Shown here in pieces: positions 57,496-64,000 of a stretch of DNA of 64,000 nucleotides (position 1 is its first letter; each line of letters begins with the position of its first letter). The stretch comes from Candidatus Brocadiia bacterium (GTDB lineage: Bacteria; Planctomycetota; Brocadiia; CAIUPP01). Made by a program: the position numbers and the translations under genes. A model generated the notes under the pieces. It made no database searches. It had not been told where the DNA came from and saw only the letters and a list, made by a program, of their open reading frames with translations. The stretch spans positions 128,001 through 192,000 of the forward strand of contig JBEKCB010000001.1 in the NCBI GenBank assembly GCA_050015075.1. Direction: 5' to 3'.

Positions 57496-58659
57496 ATGCC
57501 GCAGGAATTTCGCATGGTCGCCAAGACGCTCTTCGGGCTGGAGGGCGTCCTCGCCGAGGAGCTGCGCGGCCTCGGCGCGCGGGAAATCCAGCCGTTCAAC
57601 CGGCTCGTCACGTTCAAAGGCGACCACCGTCTCCTCTATCGCGCGAACCTCTGCTGCCGCACCGCGATCCGCGTCCTCAAGCGCATCCGGAAATTCAACG
57701 CCGCCGACGAGAAGGAACTCTACGCCGAGGTCCGCAAGACAGACTGGTCGCGCTACCTCGACGAGACCGGCTCCCTGGCGATTGACCCGGTGGTCACGCG
57801 CTCGACCTTCACCAATTCCCTCTACGTGGCGCAGCGGGCGAAGGACGCCATCGTGGACCAGTTCCGCGAGCGCACCGGCGCGCGGCCCTCGGTGCGCCTG
57901 GAGAACCCCGACCTGCGGCTGAACCTGCACATGAACGAGAACATCGTTACGCTGTACCTGGACTCGTCCGGCGACTCGCTCCACCGGCGCGGGTACCGCA
58001 CGGAGGCCAACATCGCGCCGATGAACGAGGTGCTCGCGGCGGGGATCATTCAACTGAGCGGATGGGACTGCGCCTCGCCGTTCGCCGACGGCATGTGCGG
58101 CTCGGGCACGTTCGTCATCGAGGCGGCGCTGATGGCGCGGAAAATTCCGCCCGGCGCGTTCCGGAAGCAGTTCGGGTTCGAGCGCTGGAAGGATTACGAC
58201 CCGGCGCTCTATCGCGAGGTGTTCCAGGAGGCGACCGCCGAGGAGACGGAGAAGCTGCCGTTCGAGATCCTCGGCTCGGACCTGGACGCCCAGAGCGTCC
58301 GCATCGCAGAGCGGAACGTCCGCAACGCCGGACTGGAGAACGACGTGCGGATCGAGCGCCGCTCGTTCGAGGAGCAGACGCCGCAGCGCGGCCGCGGCAC
58401 GCTGATCCTCAACCCGCCCTACGGCGCGCGGATCGCCGTGCAGCAGATCAACACGCTCTACCGGATGATCGGCGATACGCTCAAGAAAAAATACGCCGGC
58501 TGGACCGCGTGCGTCGTCTCGGGCAACCCCGAGGCGCTCGACAGCCTGGGTCTGCGCCCGTCCAAAGTCACCCCGCTCTTCAACGGCCCCATCGAGTGCC
58601 GGCTGCTCGAGTTCCAGGTGCAGCGGCCGAAACAATACCGCAGCCGCAAGAGTGGCTGA
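57496..58659 (+). CDS. THUMP-domain RNA methyltransferase (RlmL-like m2G methyltransferase)
   Basis: AKTLFGLE..LAEEL, DSSGDSLHRRGYR, AP.NEVLAAG, MCGSGT..IEAA, NPPYG.R. Confidence 0.88.
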   Translation: MPQEFRMVAKTLFGLEGVLAEELRGLGAREIQPFNRLVTFKGDHRLLYRANLCCRTAIRVLKRIRKFNAADEKELYAEVRKTDWSRYLDETGSLAIDPVVTRSTFTNSLYVAQRAKDAIVDQFRERTGARPSVRLENPDLRLNLHMNENIVTLYLDSSGDSLHRRGYRTEANIAPMNEVLAAGIIQLSGWDCASPFADGMCGSGTFVIEAALMARKIPPGAFRKQFGFERWKDYDPALYREVFQEATAEETEKLPFEILGSDLDAQSVRIAERNVRNAGLENDVRIERRSFEEQTPQRGRGTLILNPPYGARIAVQQINTLYRMIGDTLKKKYAGWTACVVSGNPEALDSLGLRPSKVTPLFNGPIECRLLEFQVQRPKQYRSRKSG

Positions 58660-58806
58660 CGGCCGCGTCATCGCTTGCATTCCGAGCGCTCTTGTCCCAT
58701 AATAGCCGCCTTGGAATCCCGAAAGAGATTCCACCACGAAGTTCACGAAGGGCACGAAGAACAGCCGGGATTGTCAACGCTTTTAAACGATTGGAAAGGG
58801 CGGACG

Positions 58807-59919
58807 ATGGCGGATGGAAAAATCAAAATCGGGATCATCGGCACCGGCGCGATCAGCGGGGCATACCTGAAGCGGCTGCCGATGTTCGAGAACCTGGAAG
58901 TCGCGGCGTGCGCGGACCTCGACGCCGCGCGCGCGAAGGCCAAGGCGGCGGAGTTCAAAATTCCCAAGGCGTGCTCCGTGCGCAAGCTGCTCGCCGACCC
59001 GGAGATCAGCATCGTCCTGAACCTGACCGTGCCGAAGGCGCACGCGAAGGTGGCCCTGGCCGTGTTGAAGGCGGGCAAGTCGGTGTACTCCGAGAAGCCG
59101 CTGGCGGTCACGCGCAATCACGGCAAGCGCATCCTGGCCCTGGCCGCGGAAAAAGGGCTGCGCGTGGGCAACGCGCCGGACACCTTCCTCGGCGCGGGCT
59201 TTCAGACCTGCCGGAAGGTCATTGACGACGGGCTCATCGGCGAGCCGGTCGCGGCCACGGCGTTCATGCTCAGCCACGGCGTGGAGACCTGGCACCCGAA
59301 CCCGCCGTTCTATTATGAAGTCGGCGGCGGCCCGATGTTCGACATGGGACCGTACTACCTGACCGCGCTGATCAGCCTCATCGGCCCGATCAAACGCGTC
59401 ACCGCCTGCACGCGCATCACGTTCCCCGAGCGCACCGTCACCAGCGAGCCGCTGAAGGGCACGGTCATCAAGGTCGAGACGCCCACGCACGTCGCCGGCG
59501 TGATGGAGTTCGCCAACGGCGCCATCGGCACGCTCGTCACCAGCTTCGACGTCTGGGGCGGAAAGACCATCCCGCGGATCGAGATCTACGGCACGAAGGG
59601 CAGCCTCTCCTGCCCCGACCCGAACACCTTCGGCGGCGACGTCTTCATCCGCCTCTCAGGCGACAAGGAATGGTCGCCCGTGCCGCTCTCGCACGTCTAT
59701 TCCGAGAACTGGCGCGGCATCGGCGTCGCGGACATGGCCTGCGGCCTGCAGAGCGGCCGCAAGCACCGCGCGAACGGCCAGATGGCCTACCACGTCGTGG
59801 ACGTCATGCAGTCGTTCCTGGATTCCGGCGCGAAGGGCCGGCACATGACGCCGGCCAGCACGTGCGAGCGCCCCGCCGCGTTGCCGACGGGCCTGGTCGA
59901 AGGAAAGCTGGACCGGTAA
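58807..59919 (+). CDS. Gfo/Idh/MocA family oxidoreductase
   Basis: [50 protein letters not shown]. Confidence 0.9.
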   Translation: MADGKIKIGIIGTGAISGAYLKRLPMFENLEVAACADLDAARAKAKAAEFKIPKACSVRKLLADPEISIVLNLTVPKAHAKVALAVLKAGKSVYSEKPLAVTRNHGKRILALAAEKGLRVGNAPDTFLGAGFQTCRKVIDDGLIGEPVAATAFMLSHGVETWHPNPPFYYEVGGGPMFDMGPYYLTALISLIGPIKRVTACTRITFPERTVTSEPLKGTVIKVETPTHVAGVMEFANGAIGTLVTSFDVWGGKTIPRIEIYGTKGSLSCPDPNTFGGDVFIRLSGDKEWSPVPLSHVYSENWRGIGVADMACGLQSGRKHRANGQMAYHVVDVMQSFLDSGAKGRHMTPASTCERPAALPTGLVEGKLDR

Positions 59920-59956
59920 ATCTCATCGCCCTGCACGGGCTTTAAAGGAGTTTTCG

Positions 59957-60586
59957 ATGAAACAAGCCTTGGTCGTCTGGGGCGGCTGGCTGGGCCATAC
60001 GCCGAAGGAAGGCGCGGAGCTTTTCGCGCCCTGGCTGCAGAAGCAGGGCTACGAAGTCACCGTCTCGACCACGCTCGACTCGTACCTGGACAAGGACAAA
60101 ATGCTGGCGCTCAGCCTGATCGTGCCGATCTGGACGATGGGCAAGATCACGCGGGAGCAATCGGAGGGGCTGCGCAACGCGGTCGCCTCCGGAGTGGGCA
60201 TCGCCGGGTGGCACGGCGGCATGGGCGATTCGTTCCGCGAGGACACCGATTACCAGTGGATGGTCGGCGGGCAATGGGTCGCCCATCCGGGCGGCTGCAT
60301 CCCGTCGTATCGCGTGAACGTCACCCGGCCCGACCACACTATCATGCGCGGGATCAAGGATTTCACGATGCTGAACACCGAGCAGTACTACCTGCACGTG
60401 GATCCTTCCAACGAGGTGCTGGCGACGACGACTTTCGCCAGCGGCTGCGTGATGCCGCAGGTCTGGACGCGGATGTGGAGCAAGGGGAAGGTGTTCTATA
60501 GCGCGCTGGGGCACACGTTCAAGGACTTCGAGATCCCGCAGGCGCTGGAGATCATGCAGCGGGGAATGCTCTGGGCGAGCCGGTGA
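59957..60586 (+). CDS. ThuA-like domain protein
   Basis: ALVVWGGW.GH.P, WTM, GWHGGMGDSFR, GGQWVAHPG, EQYYLHVDP, VFYSALGH. Confidence 0.85.
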   Translation: MKQALVVWGGWLGHTPKEGAELFAPWLQKQGYEVTVSTTLDSYLDKDKMLALSLIVPIWTMGKITREQSEGLRNAVASGVGIAGWHGGMGDSFREDTDYQWMVGGQWVAHPGGCIPSYRVNVTRPDHTIMRGIKDFTMLNTEQYYLHVDPSNEVLATTTFASGCVMPQVWTRMWSKGKVFYSALGHTFKDFEIPQALEIMQRGMLWASR

Positions 60587-60587
60587 G

Positions 60588-60645
60588 GCTGCTCGTAGTG
60601 TGCCCGTCAGGGCATACGGAGTAGCGCCTTACGGCGCCACTACAA
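60588..60645 (+). repeat. GTAG-type REP-like element between convergent genes
   Basis: GCTGCTCGTAGTGTGCCCGTCAGGGCATACGGAGTAGCGCCTTACGGCGCCACTACAA. Confidence 0.8.
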
Positions 60646-60646
60646 A

Positions 60647-61009
60647 CTATTTCTGCGCGGCCGCCTCCGAATCCGTCTGGCCCGGCGAAAGCGCCTGCTG
60701 AATCGCCTTATTGACCCGGTTCATCAGCTCCATATAGTCCGCCTGGGCGCGGACGAGTTCCTGGAGTTTCGGGGCGCTGTGGACCGCGTCGCTCAGCCGG
60801 ATCATCTCGTGTTTGTCTTCCGGCTCGACGGGCTTGCGGTCGCCTTCGAGGGCTTCGATCTTCCGGCGCTGGCGCTCGAACTCTTCCAGGATTTTCTGCG
60901 AGGCTGCGTCGCTCTGGACGGCGCCCTCCGCGGCGCGCAGGCGCTGAAACGCCTCGTCCTGCGCTATCTGTCTTCCAAGCTCCGCAGCGGCGGCAAGGGC
61001 TTTTTCCAT
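60647..61009 (-). CDS. YlbF/YmcA family regulator-like protein
   Basis: A.ELG..I...EAF..L..AE.A...D..SQ.....F...AQ.DY.ELM..VN..I. Confidence 0.7.
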   Translation of the reverse strand: MEKALAAAAELGRQIAQDEAFQRLRAAEGAVQSDAASQKILEEFERQRRKIEALEGDRKPVEPEDKHEMIRLSDAVHSAPKLQELVRAQADYMELMNRVNKAIQQALSPGQTDSEAAAQK

Positions 61010-61422
61010 GACCCCTCTTCTACCGGCGGGCGCGATTTAGCGTTGGGCGACAAGGCCGGGATCACGAGGATCGGCCTGGCGCCGGCGGCGTCCGGCGCGG
61101 CCGGGTCGGGAATGTGGATGATCACCTGGTCTTTGGGGCCGCCGGCGACCGCGCCAGGAGCCATGCCTTCGGTCTGCTTCCGCATCGCGGCGCTCGCGCG
61201 GTCTTCCGCGCTCGGGGCCGGCTCCATCGGGCGCGTGACCGAGGCGGACTCGGAAACGTACAGCGTGCTCTCGAGGCCGGTCACCTGGGAGATGTCCATC
61301 AGGGTCGGAGCGGGCGCGCTGGCCTGCGCCTGCGCCGGCGCCGGGGCGCTTGAGCACCCGGACAACATCATCCATCCTGCGACGGCCGCGCACGCGGCGT
61401 AACCGGCTGTGTTCCTGTTCAT
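60964..61422 (-). CDS. hypothetical lipoprotein
   Basis: Lipobox LSGC; Pro/Ala-rich; overlaps the next gene by 46 nt. Confidence 0.5.
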   Translation of the reverse strand: MNRNTAGYAACAAVAGWMMLSGCSSAPAPAQAQASAPAPTLMDISQVTGLESTLYVSESASVTRPMEPAPSAEDRASAAMRKQTEGMAPGAVAGGPKDQVIIHIPDPAAPDAAGARPILVIPALSPNAKSRPPVEEGSWKKPLPPLRSLEDR

Positions 61423-62057
61423 TATTCAGCCTCATCCGCTTCAAGACGGTACGGGGGTTTCTCCGCCTGCTCGGCGTTCTTTTCCTCGTCTTCGGCGTAC
61501 CGGACCAGCGGCGCGGCCGCCTCGGGCGCTGAGCCGGCGGGATCGGGCTGTTTCGTCGCCGTATCGTTGAGCATCCGGTACACGCTGCCCTCGCCATCCA
61601 GGATCCGGTCCTGCGCCATGCTCTTGCTGTCCACGAACGCCTGGATATCCTCGATCCGCTCGATGCCGCGCAGCAACTCGGACTTCATCTCTTCGAGGAT
61701 CGAGGAGACGGTCTTGTCGAACGAGTCGAAGACCGACTTGAGCTCGACCTCGAAGAACTCCTTGAGGTACTCTTCGAGCTTGATCAGCCGCTCGCGCGTG
61801 CCGGTGGCGACCTTTTCGAACTGCTCGACGCGGTCGCTGGTGGCGCTCTCGAACCGCGCGAAGCGCTCGGCAAGCCGCTGGCGCTCGTCGGCCTCGCGGG
61901 TCGAGAACTTTTCCCAGTCCTCCATCACGCGCGAGGCCACCTCGTAGCTTTTCTTGCTCTGGCGGCGGATGCTGCTGAGGATCGCGAAGACGGCGATGGC
62001 GGTGGCGATGGATATGACGAGAGCCGCGATGGCCAGGATCAGGACAAGCAACGGCAT
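61422..62057 (-). CDS. hypothetical membrane-anchored coiled-coil protein
   Basis: AAGGAGG RBS, N-terminal TM, heptad-rich body. Confidence 0.65.
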   Translation of the reverse strand: MPLLVLILAIAALVISIATAIAVFAILSSIRRQSKKSYEVASRVMEDWEKFSTREADERQRLAERFARFESATSDRVEQFEKVATGTRERLIKLEEYLKEFFEVELKSVFDSFDKTVSSILEEMKSELLRGIERIEDIQAFVDSKSMAQDRILDGEGSVYRMLNDTATKQPDPAGSAPEAAAPLVRYAEDEEKNAEQAEKPPYRLEADEAE

Positions 62058-62200
62058 TGCTCGCATTCCTCCTTCGGCGCACGAGCCCGCGCGGCCCCGG
62101 CGCAGCCTCGAAGTATAGTCGCTGGCCGAAGCGGAAGTCAAATTGTTTTCGCCGCCGCCGCGCGCTATCATGGAGGGGAAAAGGCCCATGGAGCTGCGAG

Positions 62201-62464
62201 ATGCCGACCTATGTCTACGAGGCCGCACCCGGCGAGAAAGGCTGCCCGGCGTGCCGGGCGGGGTTCGAGGTCTTCCACGGCATGAATGAGCCGCCGCCGC
62301 CGGGATGCCCGCGCTGCGGCGGACCCATCCACCGCCGCTTCACCGCGCCGGGCATTATCGGCCGCTTCAGCGAGAAGAGCACGCTGAGCGACTCGAACCT
62401 CAAGCGCCACGGTTTCAAGAAACTCGTCAACGAGGGAGACGGGAAGTTCAAGGTCACGCTTTAA
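62201..62464 (+). CDS. FmdB family zinc-ribbon protein
   Basis: MPTYVYE...C..C...FEV...M.E.P...CP.CG. Confidence 0.82.
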   Translation: MPTYVYEAAPGEKGCPACRAGFEVFHGMNEPPPPGCPRCGGPIHRRFTAPGIIGRFSEKSTLSDSNLKRHGFKKLVNEGDGKFKVTL

Positions 62465-62552
62465 ATATTGACGATTGACGAGCGACGATGGACGATCGCT
62501 GATGGGTGAGCGCATTTTTTCAGTTAATTAAATGGATTTTCGGCCGATATGC

Positions 62553-62581
62553 TTGACAGATGAAATTACAGGTGGTAAATT
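62553..62581 (+). promoter_or_regulatory. sigma70-type promoter upstream of the KamA-family gene
   Basis: TTGACA-17 nt-TAAATT with an AT-rich upstream element. Confidence 0.5.
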
Positions 62582-62971
62582 CTACGGAGATGGCGGAGGC
62601 GTCACGATTTTGACTGCGCTGTCCGCGGCCCGAGCCGCGCACCTTGACGCCGACGGCCGGTTATTTCGGGTCTCATATAGATAAGTGGAAATCGAAGAGC
62701 CTCCGTCCTGTCGCGCGAGGCAAAGCGCGGCTGGAACGCTGGTGCAAGTTCAACGGGGCGCGCCGGTCAGTCTGACAGGGGCCGTTTCCCGCAGCAGACT
62801 ATCCCTTCGTCATCCGAATCCACATCTCATCGGTTTTTCCTTTCGCAGTGCCCACACGGTCGCGGGCGGAGCCTGTCAACTCTGCGGCGGTCTGCGGTGT
62901 GATCAGCGTAGGGCCGGGCGCGTGAAAGATGCTTTCGCGCGCCGCGTGCCCGCGGGTTTTTGAGGAGACGC

Positions 62972-64000
62972 ATGATGGACACCTCTTCACAGAGGTTGAG
63001 CAGTGAGCAGTCGGGCAAGGAACTCGAGAGCGCGGAAGGGACGTCCGCGCCCGAGGAAGTTCCGGAACCTCCGGGCGCGGCAGCGCGCCCTAAAGTTTTA
63101 GCGGTCATGGAAGCACCGTCTCCCGCGCGTGCCGTCGAAGCCGCGCCCTCTCTCCGTCTCGTCGGACGGCAGGCCTTCAACGCAACCCCCGAACAATGGG
63201 ACGATTGGCGCTGGCAGTTGGCGCATCGCCTCCGGACGCTGGAGGATTTCCAGTCCGTCCTGACCCTCAGCGGCGAAGAAGCGGACGGCCTCACCATCGC
63301 GTGCAAAAAATTCGCCGTCGCCGCGACGCCTCATTTCGTCTCGCTCATGGAGCGCGACAACCCCGCTTGCCCGATCCGCCGGCAGGTCGTCCCCACCGTC
63401 AAGGAACTCATCAGTTCCCCGACGGACATGGAAGACCCCTGCGGCGAAGATCACGACATGAAGGTCCCCGGCCTGGTGCATCGCTATCCGGACCGGGTGC
63501 TGTTCCTGGCCTCGGACCGCTGCGCCTCGTACTGCCGGTACTGCACGCGCAGCCGGCTGGTCGGCAACGGCGACCTGCGCCCGGTCTCGGAACGCGTCGA
63601 GCCGGCCGCGCAGTACGTCGCCGCGCATCCGGAAGTCCGCGACGTGCTCATCAGCGGCGGCGACCCGCTGCTCCTGGGTGAGCTGGCCCTCGGCGCGATC
63701 ATCCGCCGGTTCCGGGCCATCCCGCACGTCGAGATCGTCCGCATCGGCACGCGCGTGCCGGCCTACCTGCCGCAGCGGATCACCCCGCGGCTCATCCGCG
63801 CCCTGCGCATGAGCGGCGCGTACTTCCTCTCCATGCACTTCTCGCATCCGAGGGAGATCACCCCGGAAGTCGAGCGCGCCCTGGCGGTCATCGCCGACGG
63901 CGGCATCGTCATGGGCTCGCAGACCGTGCTCCTGCGCGGGATCAACGACCACCCGGAAACCCTCAAGCGGCTCTTCCACAAGCTGCTCAAGAACCGCGTG
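62972..64000 (+). CDS. KamA family radical SAM protein (lysine 2,3-aminomutase-like), partial at window end
   Basis: GAGGAG RBS; WDDWRWQL, PGLVHRYPDRVL, CASYCRYCTR, DVLISGGDPL, RIGTR.P, SQTVLLRGIND; absent from the ORF track because it runs off the window. Confidence 0.88.
   Translation, partial: MMDTSSQRLSSEQSGKELESAEGTSAPEEVPEPPGAAARPKVLAVMEAPSPARAVEAAPSLRLVGRQAFNATPEQWDDWRWQLAHRLRTLEDFQSVLTLSGEEADGLTIACKKFAVAATPHFVSLMERDNPACPIRRQVVPTVKELISSPTDMEDPCGEDHDMKVPGLVHRYPDRVLFLASDRCASYCRYCTRSRLVGNGDLRPVSERVEPAAQYVAAHPEVRDVLISGGDPLLLGELALGAIIRRFRAIPHVEIVRIGTRVPAYLPQRITPRLIRALRMSGAYFLSMHFSHPREITPEVERALAVIADGGIVMGSQTVLLRGINDHPETLKRLFHKLLKNRV

Noticed and set aside
62732-62746. TGGAACGCTGGTGCA as a sigma54 promoter
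   Set aside because: The GG-GC spacing is 9 nt rather than the required 10.

Overview
GC-rich bacterial chromosome segment; the gene content (PEP-CTERM protein, Ser/Thr-kinase-TPR-FGE fusion, Ycf46/DUF1257/DUF2997 triad, hpf-ptsN-HPr-ptsI) suggests Planctomycetota/PVC, which is an inference. The housekeeping backbone includes the parB 3' end, ilvD, HU/IHF, yggS-proC, a PTS/hpf cluster, glyQ, frameshifted prfB, gpsA, folC, pilT, trpF, serS, an RlmL-like methyltransferase and a KamA-family gene. No rRNA, tRNA, CRISPR array, integrase or transposase was recognised. Three things stand out. (1) Small cargo genes (three TA pairs, a restriction-modification remnant, a HepT remnant, lipoproteins) are repeatedly bracketed by degenerate direct duplications of the neighbouring gene's 3' end, promoter or a hairpin repeat. 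(2) At least ten families of short intergenic hairpin/MITE-like elements occur, including nested ones and a four-helix-bundle gene element that has an 'empty' derivative. (3) An uncharacterised minus-strand operon (44794-36993) combines two apparently dead membrane proteases, a PflX-like radical SAM enzyme, a Ycf46-type AAA+ ATPase, DUF1257- and DUF2997-like proteins, a TPR protein and PilT. Family calls come from motif recognition by eye, not database searches.
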